From assembly GCA_964016885.1 (NCBI GenBank), contig OZ024760.1, forward strand, positions 7,874,001 to 7,938,000: a DNA stretch of 64,000 bases, read 5' to 3'. How positions within the stretch are numbered: the stretch's first letter is position 1; each line of letters opens with the position of its first letter. The position numbers were made by a program, and so were the translations under genes. Shown piece after piece: positions 1 through 15,700 of the stretch. The DNA comes from Eledone cirrhosa. Its lineage: Eukaryota. Under the pieces are notes generated by a model. The model searched no databases. It was not told the DNA's origin and worked only from the letters and a program-made list of their open reading frames with translations.

Positions 1-290
1 GTTCGTGGAAACGTTCCCTGGCAAAGAACGGGAAAAAACGAATATAATACGTCATTAATAGGAGCGGTGAAAAACAATTACGCGCAAAGACTGAACCACG
101 TTTATGGTATAAAAGAAGTCGTAGACTAATGTTCTCTTAGGTGGTTCATAGAGACGTTCTCTGGCAATGAACGGAAAAAACAAAGATAATACGTCATATG
201 TGGAGCGTAGAGAACAATTGCATGCAAAGACAAAACCACGTAAATGGTATAGCTGAAGTCGTAGACTAAATTCTAACTAGGAAACCGAAT
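1..290. repeat. Two diverged ~143-bp tandem units at the 3' side of the Penelope-like element
   Basis: ACGTTC.CTGGCAA.GAACGG.AAAAA...ATAATACGTCAT...GCAAAGAC...CCACGT..ATGGTATA...GAAGTCGTAGACTAA occurs twice. Confidence 0.8.
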
Positions 291-299
291 GAATCTCCG

Positions 300-2520
300 C
301 TACAGAGTTAAGAAAAGTAAATAAATACAATACAGAGGTAATAGAAATTAAATAAATGCATACACGCATGCAAATACGTACATACACAAGCATACGCAAA
401 ACACTTGCCATAGGTATAAAAAACCACGCACATATAAATATGTGTGTGTGTGTGTGTGCGTGTATACAAATAAATAAATAATTAAATAAACGTAAATAAA
501 TAAATAAATACGTAGCGCACACACATACCTACATGTAAATACACAAATGTTCGGAGACGTAAGTCAACCAAAACATGAAGTACACATATATACACACCCT
601 ACATACGTACGAACCTGCATACTCACGCAGACGCAAAACTCCCGTATACACATAACCAAACCATATGTACCAGAATATATAGAAAATTTATACGCCATAA
701 CATAATCAATCAAATATACGTATGAGAAAGTATACGTACCTTCACAAAACATACAGGTAATATATACTTACCTATGCAAAAAAGTAATGGTATAAATAAA
801 ACATACTTAGCTACCACATCAAGACGTAAACTATCCGCGTATAGATCTTACTATCCGTTAGGGTATAATGTGGGGCTGTAATACAGGAAAGTTTTGTGCA
901 ATTTATGTTTACAAGCCGAAATTGCCTCAGATTTTTTGTTTAAGATGTGGTCTGTGGCGTAGAGTATTTCCAGGGCCTCAGCGGCGCAGAGGTCACATGG
1001 TCTTTTATTTCCGTTATACGATCTAGCCCTAGCTAGGATCTCCCAGTGTAACTTAAATTGGGTGTGGTTGTCTTTTAGACTCCAGATACAAGGTGAAAGT
1101 GACGTCATATTCCTTCTTAGAGGGTAACGAAAAGAATGGGTATGCATGTAAAGACGCTGCTTGAATCTATTGGCGGTTAACCCTATGTAGGCCCTACGGG
1201 ACGTGGGTGTTTCAACCTTACATTTGTAGACAATGTTACTAGAGAGGCATTTCCCGGATAGGGGCAATCAACCCGATTCCTACAATTACAGTTAGTACTA
1301 ACTACAGGGTTGCACGTGTTCCTACGGCTAGGTAGTTTAGCTAAATTTGAAGCTGTGATGTTATGTGCAAGGTTAGGAGTCGTAGAGTAAGAAATTTTAA
1401 TAGTATTTCTATTGAAAATTTTACTATATTTATGTGTAGGGGGAAAATGCTTCGTAATAAGGGAAAGAAAGATCTTAGCTAATGGTGTGGCCACCTCCAT
1501 ATTATATGGTGGGTTATACCAACAAATGCGACGGGATCTATTTCTTCTAGGTCTATTTTCGTACTCTGTATATGCTACCTTATCGACAAATCTACTCCGA
1601 GCAAGAGCTTCATTGTAATAAGTGGAATGGTCGTTGAAAATATGCTCGTTAGTAGATAGACGGGAAAGCCTCAACGAAACGTTTCTTACCAGGTTCTTGG
1701 TTATGTTGGCAGGATGGTTGGAATGCTTACTTATGTAATTAAGCGTATCATTCGGCTTTCTATACGGGTAATACAACCCATTCGAAAAATTGAGGGTAAC
1801 GTCGAGGTAATTAACGACCGAGAGATTGGCCTCAACCTGTATAGAGAGGTTGAAGCCTTTAAAGAAGGCTGTGAGTTCTTTTCTGAACCAGTCGCAAGCG
1901 CGAGGTCCGCACTTAGTCATGGTCAAAAGACCATCATCACGGTACAAACCACCGCCCGCGTTGGGGAATTCGTCCTTGATAGAGAAAAGAAGGAAAAGGC
2001 CGATAAGATCAGTAACCTCCGCAGAATCGCTGGCGCCCATACTCACGTCGAATGGGGTACTATTGGATTTTTTAATCCAAATAGAGTCGTCGAAATTAAT
2101 CACCGACTTACGGGCATTGAGGATGACATCAACTTCGAAATCCTTAACCGCTGTGAGTGTTTTAGCGAAATTGATAGCTCTAAGGAGAAGTGGTAAAGTG
2201 ATGGAGGAGTAGTAATTGTTGATGTCGAATTGGATAAAACGGCAATGTTCCTTGTTACATATGCCGTTGAACCAATCAATCACCGCGAAAGAATTGTTCC
2301 ACAGTGCAAGAGGGGCCAAACTTCTAATTTCAGGTATAATTCTATCAAGAATCCTTTTACTAAGTCTACCTAAATCGGACTTCGTAGGGTTAATAAGCCG
2401 AATAGAGGGGTTGTTCGGAAAATTGGATTTGTGATCCTCCAGGGTAAAGTGGGGAGAAATAGGGTCCAGAGGTTCGGTCCGGTCCAGGATGTTGAGATCA
2501 GATGTGATGACTTTGTTAGT
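300..2520 (-). mobile_element. Penelope-like element (RT plus C-terminal GIY-YIG endonuclease), 5'-truncated, frameshift near 1262
   Basis: RT motifs FDINNYY, SMGA, GLYRDDGL, YLDV; linker CNCR..CPL.G.CL; endonuclease IVYK..YIGLT..FKQR..H..CDLCAAE..LN. Boundaries are approximate. Confidence 0.92.
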
Positions 2521-2675
2521 TTCAGAAGATCCCGTTAAGGGTGAAAGCAGCGATTCTTTGCTTAAACTTTAATCTGTTATTTTAATAAATATTTGCTCTA
2601 CGGTTCTTATATATTTGAGATATATTTATCCTTATCGAGCCCTCTTTGGATTTTAGTCTTCAAATTTATTATCAT

Positions 2676-2753
<78 letters not shown>

Positions 2754-2777
2754 TGTATATATATATATATATATATA

Positions 2778-2950
2778 CGAGGGCAATCCCAAAAGTAAGG
2801 TCTCCCGATATTGCAACTTTTCCGTTAAAATCCTGTGGATGGCGCTTCGGGAAACCTCAGGAACCAAAATGCAGAGAGCATCCAGAGTGATCCGCCGATC
2901 TTTATGCATGTTTCCCTCGGAAGGAGACCTTACTTTTGGGATTGCCCTCG
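2778..2950. mobile_element. Mariner-derived MITE (internal deletion), TA-flanked
   Basis: Perfect TIRs CGAGGGCAATCCCAAAAGTAAGGTCTCC. The interior encodes a mariner HTH piece DRRITLDAL..VSRSAIHRILTEKLQYR. A third, degenerate TIR lies at 3143-3170. Confidence 0.85.
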
Positions 2951-3168
2951 TATATAATAACTGCGCAAAATTCGCACCTGGCGGTAGCGTTCAAAGGGAG
3001 CTCCATTCTCAACGACTGTCAAGCCAAGATTGCACGCATCCCAGCGAAGCGCACGCATGTTTGTTTGGGAGTGAAGGTAGCACCAATCACAACAGTGTTG
3101 CCAACAGCCGTACGAACAGTTTCTCTGCGTCCCCATCGCTTTGGAGACCTTTCTTTTGGGATTACCCT

Positions 3169-3216
<48 letters not shown>

Positions 3217-3481
3217 CCGGGAGAGCACTCGATGTTTAGGTTCACTTCTGTGATGAGGTGTAGGGCTATACAGAGTGTAATATATTGAAAGGATAACAAG
3301 GACGATTGGTTACTCCTTCATTACATTTATTGGTAGGTGACGCACGTTTCGCCACTGATCAGCTCAAGGTTCGATTTGTATCGATCCTACCCGACTCAAT
3401 GATCGGCAGCTCGACGGGGTCTTTTATAGCATTTTAAAGGGTCCGTCGAGCTGCCGATCATTGAGGCGGGTAGAATCCTTT

Positions 3482-3484
<3 letters not shown>

Positions 3485-3527
<43 letters not shown>

Positions 3528-3757
3528 AGAGAGAGAGAATATATATATATATAGAGAGAGAATATATATATAGGGAGAGAGAGAGAATATATATATATAT
3601 AGAGAGAGAGAGAGAATATATATATAGGGAGAGAGAGAGAATATATATATAGGGAGAGAGAGAGAATATATATATATAGGGAGAGAGAATATATATATAG
3701 GGAGAGAGAGAGAATATATATATATATAGAGAGAGAATATATATATAGGGAGAGAGA

Positions 3758-3790
<33 letters not shown>

Positions 3791-6595
3791 ATATATATAT
3801 AGGGAGAGAGAGAGAATATATATATAGGGAGAGAGAGAGAATATATATATATAGGGAGAGAGAATATATATATAGGGAGAGAGAGAGAATATATATATAG
3901 AGAGAGAGAGAGAATATATATATAGGGAGAGAGAGAGAATATATATATATATATAGAGAGAGAATATATATATAGGGAGAGAGAGAGAATATATATATAT
4001 AGGGAGAGAGAGAGAATATATATATAGGGAGAGAGAGAGAATATATATATATAGGGAGAGAGAATATATATATAGGGAGAGAGAGAGAATATATATATAG
4101 GGAGAGAGAGAGAATATATATATATAGGGAGAGAGAATATATATATAGGGAGAGAGAGAGAATATATATATATATAGAGAGAGAGAATATATATATAGGG
4201 AGAGAGAGAGAATATATATATATAGGGAGAGAGAGAGAATATATATATAGGGAGAGAGAGAGAATATATATATATATAGAGAGAGAGAATATATATATAG
4301 GGAGAGAGAGAGAATATATATATAGGGAGAGAGAGAGAATATATATATATATAGGGAGAGAGAATATATATATAGGGAGAGAGAGAGAATATATATATAT
4401 ATATAGAGAGAGAATATATATATAGGGAGAGAGAGAGAATATATATATATAGGGAGAGAGAGAGAATATATATATAGGGAGAGAGAGAGAATATATATAT
4501 ATATAGAGAGAGAGAATATATATATAGGGAGAGAGAGAGAATATATATATATAGAGAGAGAGAATATATATATAGGAGAGAGAGAGAATATATATATAGG
4601 GAGAGAGAGAGAGAATATATATATAGGGAGAGAGAGAGAGAATATATATATATATAGAGAGAGAGAGAATATATATATAGGGAGAGAGAGAGAATATATA
4701 TATAGGGAGAGAGAGAGAATATATATATAGGGAGAGAGAGAGAATATATATATATATAGAGAGAGAGAGAGAATATATATATAGGGAGAGAGAGAGAATA
4801 TATATATAGGGAGAGAGAGAGAGAATATATATATATAGGGAGAGAGAGAGAATATATATATAGGGAGAGAGAGAGAATATATATATAGGGAGAGAGAGAG
4901 AATATATATATAGGGAGAGAGAGAGAATATATATATAGAGAGAGAGAGAATATATATATAGGGAGAGAGAGAGAATATATATATATATATAGAGAGAGAG
5001 AATATATATATAGGGAGAGAGAGAGAATATATATATATATATAGAGAGAGAATATATATATAGGGAGAGAGAGAGAATATATATATATAGAGAGAGAGAA
5101 TATATATATAGGGAGAGAGAGAGAATATATATATATAGGGAGAGAGAGAGAATATATATATATAGGGAGAGAGAATATATATATAGGGAGAGAGAGAGAA
5201 TATATATATATATAGAGAGAGAGAATATATATATAGGGAGAGAGAGAGAATATATATATATATAGGGAGAGAGAGAGAATATATATATAGGGAGAGAGAG
5301 AGAATATATATATATAGAGAGAGAGAGAATATATATATAGGGAGAGAGAGAGAATATATATATATATAGAGAGAGAGAATATATATATAGGGAGAGAGAG
5401 AGAATATATATATATAGGGAGAGAGAGAGAATATATATATAGGGAGAGAGAGAGAATATATATATATATAGGGAGAGAGAGAGAATATATATATAGGGAG
5501 AGAGAGAGAGAATATATATATAGGGAGAGAGAGAGAGAATATATATATATAGAGAGAGAGAATATATATATAGGGAGAGAGAGAGAATATATATATAGGG
5601 AGAGAGAGAGAATATATATATAGGGAGAGAGAGAGAATATATATATATAGGGAGAGAGAATATATATATATATAGAGAGAGAGAATATATATATATATAT
5701 AGAGAGAGAGAATATATATATAGGGAGAGAGAGAGAATATATATATAGGGAGAGAGAGAGAATATATATATAGGGAGAGAGAGAGAGAATATATATATAT
5801 AGGGAGAGAGAATATATATATAGGGAGAGAGAGAGAATATATATATATAGAGAGAGAGAGAATATATATATAGGGAGAGAGAGAGAATATATATATATAG
5901 GGAGAGAGAGAGAATATATATATAGGGAGAGAGAGAGAATATATATATATATAGAGAGAGAGAGAATATATATATAGGGAGAGAGAGAGAATATATATAT
6001 ATATAGAGAGAGAGAATATATATATAGGGAGAGAGAGAGAATATATATATATAGGGAGAGAGAGAGAATATATATATAGGGAGAGAGAGAGAATATATAT
6101 ATATATAGGGAGAGAGAGAGAATATATATATAGGGAGAGAGAGAGAGAATATATATATATATATAGAGAGAGAGAGAATATATATATAGGGAGAGAGAGA
6201 GAATATATATATAGGGAGAGAGAGAGAGAATATATATATAGGGAGAGAGAGAGAATATATATATAGGGAGAGAGAGAGAATATATATATAGGGAGAGAGA
6301 GAGAGAATATATATATAGGGAGAGAGAGAGAATATATATATAGGGAGAGAGAGAGAGAATATATATATAGGGAGAGAGAGAGAATATATATATATAGGGA
6401 GAGAGAGAGAGAGTATATATATAGAGAGAGAGACAGAATATATATATATATATAGGGAGAGAGAGAGAATATATATATAGGGAGAGAGAGAGAGAATATA
6501 TATATATATAGAGAGAGAGAGAATATATATATAGGGAGAGAGAGAGAATATATATATAGGGAGAGAGAGAGAGAATATATATATAGGGAGAGAGA

Positions 6596-6628
<33 letters not shown>

Positions 6629-7138
6629 ATATATATATAGGGAGAGAGAGAGAATATATATATAGGGAGAGAGAGAGAGAATATATATATATATAGAGAG
6701 AGAGAGAATATATATATAGGGAGAGAGAGAGAATATATATATAGGGAGAGAGAGAGAATATATATATAGGGAGAGAGAGAGAATATATATATATAGGGAG
6801 AGAGAATATATATATAGGGAGAGAGAGAGAATATATATATATATATAGAGAGAGAATATATATATAGGGAGAGAGAGAGAATATATATATATAGGGAGAG
6901 AGAGAGAATATATATATAGGGAGAGAGAGAGAATATATATATATAGAGAGAGAGAGAATATATATATAGGGAGAGAGAGAGAGAATATATATATATATAG
7001 AGAGAGAGAATATATATATAGGGAGAGAGAGAGAATATATATATATAGGGAGAGAGAGAGAATATATATATAGGGAGAGAGAGAGAATATATATATATAT
7101 AGAGAGAGAGAATATATATATAGGGAGAGAGAGAGAGA

Positions 7139-7169
<31 letters not shown>

Positions 7170-7190
7170 ATATATATATAGGGAGAGAGA

Positions 7191-7223
<33 letters not shown>

Positions 7224-7300
7224 ATATATATATAGGGAGAGAGAGAGAATATATATATAGGGAGAGAGAGAGAGAATATATATATAGGGAGAGAGAGAGA

Positions 7301-7331
<31 letters not shown>

Positions 7332-7400
7332 ATATATATATAGGGAGAGAGAGAGAATATATATATATAGGGAGAGAGAATATATATATAGGGAGAGAGA

Positions 7401-7433
<33 letters not shown>

Positions 7434-7591
7434 ATATATATATAGGGAGAGAGAGAGAGAATATATATATAGGGAGAGAGAGAGAGAATATATATATATA
7501 GGGAGAGAGAGAGAGAATATATATATATAGGGAGAGAGAATATATATATAGGGAGAGAGAGAGAGAATATATATATAGGGAGAGAGAGAGA

Positions 7592-7622
<31 letters not shown>

Positions 7623-7962
7623 ATATATATATAGGGAGAGAGAATATATATATATAGGGAGAGAGAGAGAATATATATATAGGGAGAGAGAGAGAATATA
7701 TATATATAGGGAGAGAGAGAGAATATATATATAGGGAGAGAGAGAGAGAATATATATATAGGGAGAGAGAGAGAATATATATATATAGGGAGAGAGAGAG
7801 AATATATATATAGGGAGAGAGAGAGAATATATATATATAGGGAGAGAGAGAGAGAATATATATATAGGGAGAGAGAGAGAATATATATATATATAGAGAG
7901 AGAGAATATATATATAGGGAGAGAGAGAGAATATATATATATAGGGAGAGAGAGAGAGAGTA
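3485..7962. repeat. Compound (TA)n(GA)n minisatellite, ~22-28 bp units
   Basis: AATATATATATAGGGAGAGAGAGAG reiterated for about 4.5 kb. Confidence 0.97.
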
Positions 7963-8059
7963 GATAACGCCAAAGACAAACAGTGAGTTAAAAAGTAATC
8001 ATCCGAAGTTCTTTCTTTATCTGGGACTGACTTAAATTTTACTCAATTTTTCTTTTATC

Positions 8060-9260
8060 TTGTCCACCTTTATACCCCCCCCCACCCACCTTTATAACCC
8101 ACCACCACCACCATCACTTTTATAGCCCACCACCCCGATCTTTATAACCCCACCACCACCACCAACTTTAAAAACCTCACCACCACCTTTATAACCCGCA
8201 CCCCATATTTATAGCCTCCCCACCACCATTACCACCACCAACACCCACCTTTATAGCCTCCCACTGCTACCACCATCAGTACTACCACCACCGCCACCAC
8301 CTTTATAGCCTCCCCACCACCACCATCAGTACTACCACCACCGCCACCACCTTTATAGCCTCCTCACCACCACCACCATCAGTACTACCACCACCGCCAC
8401 CACCTTTATAGGCCCCCCCCCATCCCACACACACACACACACCCTCCCACACACACAACACCACAACCACACACACGCACACATACACCCTCCCACATAC
8501 ACACAACACCACAACCACACACACACACACACACACTCCCACACACACAACACTACAACCACACATACACACACACACACCCTCCCGCACACACAACACC
8601 ACAACCACACACACGCACACACACACTCCCACACACACAACACTACAACCACACATACACACACACACACCCTCCCGCACACACAACACCACAACCACAC
8701 ACACGCACACACACACTCCCACACACACAACACCACAACCACACACACACACACACTCCCACACACACAACACCACAACCACACACACACACACACACAC
8801 ACACTCCCACACACACAACACCACAACAACACACACGCACACACACACCCTCCCACACACACAACACCACAACCACACACACGCACACACACACACTCCC
8901 ACACACACACAACACCACAACCACACACGCACACACACACACTCCCACACACACAACACCACAACCACACACACACACATACACCCTCCCACACACACCA
9001 CACACACCACACACACGCACACACACACACACTCCCACACACACAACACCACAACCACACACACACACATACACACTCACCCTCCCACACACACAACACC
9101 ACACACACGCACACACACACACACTCCCACACACACAACACCACAACCACACACACACACATACACACTCCCACACACACAACACCACAGCCACACACAC
9201 ACACACACACACATACACCCTCCCACACACACATACACCCTCCCACACACACACATATAT
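8060..9260. repeat. CCA-rich and (CA)n-based low-complexity/minisatellite
   Basis: ACCACC-rich units followed by CACACACTCCCACACACACAACACCACAAC units. Confidence 0.95.
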
Positions 9261-9449
9261 ATTCACAACTTTATAACGTCAAAAATGAGTCTTTTATTTC
9301 ATGTTTGTTTTTTTCTTCGCCAGTCAAGACATTTGAAGCTGTATCTTTCCTGTCGTCTGCATTTCAAACCCAAAACAAAAACAAACAAACACCTCCGCCA
9401 AATAAACAGGCAACCCCACTCACTTCCCCCTCCAAACACACACAGAAAA

Positions 9450-10037
9450 GAGGCTCATAGGACACAGCTCCACACACAAGAAAGGGCTCACAGGGCCCAG
9501 CTCCACACACAAGAAAGGGCTCACAGGATCCAGCTCCACACACAAAAAAAGGGCTTACAGGATCCAGCTCCACACACAAGAAAAGGGCTCACAGGGCCCA
9601 GCTCCACACACAAGAAAGGGCTCACAGGGCCCAGCTCCACACACAAGAAAGGGCTCACAGGATCCAGCTCCACACACAAAAAAAGGGCTCACAGGATCCA
9701 GCTCCACACACAAAAAAAGGGCTTACAGGACCCAGCTCCACACACAAGAAAGGGCTCACAGGGCCCAGCTCCACACACAAAAAAAGGGCTTACAGGACCC
9801 AGCTCCACACACAAGAAAGGGCTCACAGGATCCAGCTCCACACACAAAAAAAGGGCTTACAGGACCCAGCTCCACACACAAGAAAGGGCTCACAGGATCC
9901 AGCTCCACACACAAAAAAAGGGCTTACAGGACCCAGCTCCACACACAAGAAAGGGCTCACAGGATCCAGCTCCGCACACAAAAAAAAGGGCTTACAGGAC
10001 CCAGCTCCACACACAAGAAAGGGCTCACAGGACACAA
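9450..10037. repeat. 32-33 bp minisatellite directly upstream of the aminopeptidase ATG
   Basis: CCAGCTCCACACACAAGAAAGGGCTCACAGGA, about 18 copies. Confidence 0.95.
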
Positions 10038-10038
10038 G

Positions 10039-10198
10039 ATGCGCGAGAAGTTTAGCATGACTGATGCACGTCTTATTGAGAGAAAATGTACAAGGAGGAG
10101 AGTGTTCATCTTGTTAATAGTTGGAGCTATTTCACTGTCCTTCTGTATAGGAATCACTATCCATTATTTACTGAAGAAGGATAAACCCACTACTGTTG
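10039..10198 (+). CDS. M1 aminopeptidase (APN/ENPEP-like), coding exon 1: short basic N-tail plus signal-anchor TM helix
   Basis: MREKFSMTDARLIERKCTRRR followed by hydrophobic VFILLIVGAISLSFCIGITIHYLL. GTAAGT donor at 10199; phase 1 matches the next exon. Confidence 0.8.
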
Positions 10199-10217
10199 GT
10201 AAGTACACACTTTCGTT

Positions 10218-13200
10218 CACACACACACACACATACACATATACATACACACACAGACACATATACATACACACACACATAGATACATACACACACAGAC
10301 ACATATACATACACACACACATAGATACATAGACACACAGGCACATATATATACATACACACACACATACAGATATACATACACACACACATATATACAC
10401 ACATATATAGATACATACACACACACATACAGACACATATACATACACACACACATAGATACATACACACACAGACACATATATATACATACACACACAC
10501 ATACAGATATACATACACACACACATATATACACACATATATAGATACATACACACACACATACAGACACATATACATACACACACACATAGATACATAC
10601 ACACACAGACACATATATATACATACACACACACATACAGATCTACATACACACACACATATATACACACATATATAGATACATACACACACAAACACAT
10701 ATACATACACACACACATAGATACATACACACACAGGCACATATATATACATACACACACACATACAGATATACATACACACACACATATATACACACAT
10801 ATATAGATACATACACACACACATACAGACACATATACATACACACACACATAGATACATACACACACAGACACATATATATACACACACACACACATAC
10901 AGATCTACATACACACACACACATATATACACACATATATAGATACATACACACACACAGACACATATACATACACACACACATAGATACATACACACAC
11001 AGACACATATATATATACACACACACACATACAGATATACATACACACACACATATATACACACATATATAGATACATACACACACACAGACACATATAC
11101 ATACACACACACATAGATACATACACACACAGACACATATATATACACACACACACACACATACAGATATACATACACACACACATATATACACACATAT
11201 ATAGATACATACACACACACATACAGACACATATACATACACACACACATAGATACATACACACACAGACACATATATATACACACACACACACATACAG
11301 ATATACATACACACACACATATATACACACATATATAGATACATACACACACACATACAGACACATATACATACACACACACATAGATACATACACACAC
11401 AGACACATATATATACATACACACACACATACAGATCTACATACACACACACATATATACACACATATATAGATACATACACACACAAACACATATACAT
11501 ACACACACACATAGATACATACACACACAGGCACATATATATACATACACACACACATACAGATCTACATACACACACACATATATACACACATATATAG
11601 ATACATACACACACACATACAGACACATATACATACACACACACATAGATACATACACACACAGACACATATATATACATACACACACACATACAGATCT
11701 ACATACACACACACATATATACACACATATATAGATACATACACACACAAACACATATACATACACACACACATAGATACATACACACACAGGCACATAT
11801 ATATACATACACACACACATACAGATATACATACACACACACATATATACACACATATATAGATACATGCACACACAGACACATATATATACACACACAC
11901 ATAGATACATACACACACAGACACATATATATACACACACACACACATACAGATATACATACATACACACGCACATATATACACACATATATAGATACAT
12001 ACACACACACATAGATACATACACACACAGACACATATATATACATACACACACACATACAGATCTACATACACACACACATATATAGATACATACACAC
12101 ACAGACACATATACATACACACACACATAGATACATACACACACAGACACATATATATACACACACACACACATACAGATATACATACATACACACGCAC
12201 ATATATACACACATATATAGATACATACACACACACAGACACATATACATACACACACACATAGATACATACACACACAGACACATATATATACACACAC
12301 ACACACATACAGATATACATACACACACACATATATACACACATATATAGATACATACACACACACAGACACATATACATACACACACACATAGATACAT
12401 ACACACACAGGCACATATATATACATACACACACACATACAGATATACATACACACACACATATATAGATACATACACACACACATACAGACACATATAC
12501 ATACACACACACATAGATACATACACACACAGACACATATATATACATACACACACACATACAGATCTACATACACACACACATATATACACACATATAT
12601 AGATACATACACACACAAACACATATACATACACACACACATAGATACATACACACACAGACACATATATATACACACACACACACACATACAGATATAC
12701 ATACACACACACATATATACACACATATATAGATACATGCACACACAAACACATATACATACACACACACATAGATACATACACACACAGACACATATAT
12801 ATACACACACACACACACATACAGATATACATACACACACACATATATACACACATATATAGATACATACACACACAAACACATATACATACACACACAC
12901 ATAGATACATACACACACAGACACATATATATACACACACACACACACATACAGATATACATACACACACACATATATACACACATATATAGATACATAC
13001 ACACACAGACACATATACATACACACACACATAGATACATACACACACAGGCACATATATATACATACACAGACACATACAGATATACATACACACACAC
13101 ATATATACACACATATATAGATACATACACACACACATACAGACACATATACATACACACACACATAGATACATACACACACAGACACATATATATACAT

Positions 13201-14335
13201 ACACACACATACAGATCTACATACACACACACATATATACACACATATATAGATACATACACACACAAACACATATACATACACACACACATAGATACAT
13301 ACACACACAGACACATATATATACACACACACACACACATACAGATATACATACACACACACATATATACACACATATATAGATACATACACACACAGAC
13401 ACATATACATACACACACACATAGATACATACACACACAGACACATATATATATACACACACACACACACATACAGATATACATACACACACACATATAT
13501 ACACACATATATAGATACATACACACACAAACACATATACATACACACACACATAGATACATACACACACAGACACATATATATACACACACACACACAC
13601 ATACAGATATACATACACACACACATATATACACACATATATAGATACATACACACACAGACACATATACATACACACACACATAGATACATACACACAC
13701 AGACACATATATATATACACACACACACATACAGATATACATACACACACACATATATAGATACATACACACACAAACACATATACATACACACACACAT
13801 AGATACATACACACACAGACACATATATATACACACACACACACACATACAGATACACATACACACACACATATATACACACATATATAGATACATACAC
13901 ACACAGACACATATACATACACACACACATAGATACATACACACACAGACACATATATATACACACACACACATACAGATATACATACACACACACATAT
14001 ATACACACATATATAGATACATACACACACAGACACATATACATACACACACACATAGATACATACACACACAGACACATATATATACACACACACACAC
14101 ACATACAGATATACATACACACACACATATATACACACATATATAGATACATACACACAGAGACACATATACATACACACACACATAGATACATACACAC
14201 ACAGACACATATATATACATACACACACACATACAGATATACATACACACACACATATATACACACATATATAGATACATACACACACAGACACATATAT
14301 ATACATACACACACACATATACATACACACATATA
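10218..14335. repeat. Compound CA/TA minisatellite (~4.1 kb)
   Basis: ACACACACATAGATACATACACACACAGACACATATAT higher-order units. Confidence 0.97.
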
Positions 14336-14409
14336 CCCACTCTACTACCCTAAGTATTGAGTACTTTGGTGCGCTATGGTCTACCTGGTTCCTTACCACA
14401 TTTCCTCCG

Positions 14410-14447
<38 letters not shown>

Positions 14448-14648
14448 CGTTTCTGAATTTGTTTAGCAAGATTCTTTATCTGAAATCGTGTGTTGAAACC
14501 GATATTGTTATACTTTGGGAGGGTCATGTTGCCAATAAGAAACACACGCACCAGTTGCTTTCACTTCAATTTAATTTAATATATATTTATAAATTTCTGG
14601 TTGGTTGGTTGGTTCCACAACCAGATAGTTGTTTATATATATATATAT

Positions 14649-14693
14649 AGTCATAGTTCTTTCGTCACACACTCTGTGACCTCTTCAGTGACT
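14649..14693 (-). ncRNA. Minimal type I hammerhead ribozyme motif
   Basis: AGTCA-CTGAAGA-G-GTCACA gagtg TGTGAC-GAAA-GAAC-TA-TGACT; stems I and II are perfectly paired. Confidence 0.78.
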
Positions 14694-14892
14694 GGAGATT
14701 TCTTTCTTCGTTTCTGTGCCTTTCCTTTCTTCTATCCTACGCCATTTTGCTATGACTATATATATATAAACAACTATCTGGTTGTGGAACCAACCAACCA
14801 ACCAGAAATTTATAAATATATATTAAATTAAATTGAAGTGAAAGCAACTGGTGCGTGTGTTTCTTATTGGCAACATGACCCTCCCAAAGTAT

Positions 14893-14936
<44 letters not shown>

Positions 14937-14949
14937 ATATATATATATG

Positions 14950-15107
<158 letters not shown>

Positions 15108-15119
15108 CATATAACTACT

Positions 15120-15700
15120 AGACTGTCTATTTTCAATATAGAAATAATAAATACATGGGAAACAAAAGAAAAGAAAGAATAGGGAACCATAGACAAAAAA
15201 AAAAAGAGAGAAAGAAAGAAGAAAAAGAACGGGAAGGGGTGGGGATGGCAAGAGCTCTGGTGTCGCAGAAGACAGGGGAGGGGTGAAGAGGGAGGATGAT
15301 TGGGCTTTGGGCCTAGGGCAAGAGGGCAGAAGTACTCCGCCCCGCTGACAAGACGGCAAAAGCATTTCCCACAGAGGATGGCCAGTGACACCCGCTGCAA
15401 CAGCCACCCAACCTCGCGGGGCACCCTCCTCAGATGGGCCGCCGAAGGCGACCGGTGCAAAGAGGAAGCAGCCGGACAAACCACAGGATTTGTTTATTTT
15501 TACGTTCTTCTGCGAGGCTGGGGCCGATGCCGGGGTTTGTGGCCGAAGCGACTAGGTTGGAGGCGGAGAACGTGTCGCAGTAGGTGGCGTCCCAGATGAG
15601 GGATCTACCTCCTTCGAATGGGAAGAGGTTGATTCCGTATATACGATTTAGGTTATTTTGATTACCAATGGGTAGAACCGGGGGTTCCGGTCGCTAAACC
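15120..15700 (-). mobile_element. CRE-clade LINE 3' fragment (restriction-like endonuclease)
   Basis: Minus-strand frames give FPFEGGRSLIWDATYCDTFSAS..AEERK and [15 protein letters not shown]. Ends in (TA)n. Confidence 0.7.

Noticed and set aside
1714-2212. Plus-strand ORFs overlapping the Penelope RT (also 38219-38713 on minus)
   Set aside because: Antisense shadows of transposon coding sequence.
3396-7979. 1527-aa ORF and similar long YI/CV/HT-rich ORFs (8303-9266, 10164-14399, 37307-37965, 48853-50281)
   Set aside because: They are translations of dinucleotide-based satellites that lack stop codons by composition, with no domain content.
9285-10055. 256-aa ORF through the minisatellite as an N-terminal extension of the peptidase
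   Set aside because: Different frame from the 10039 ATG, stops at 10055, and is purely repeat-derived.
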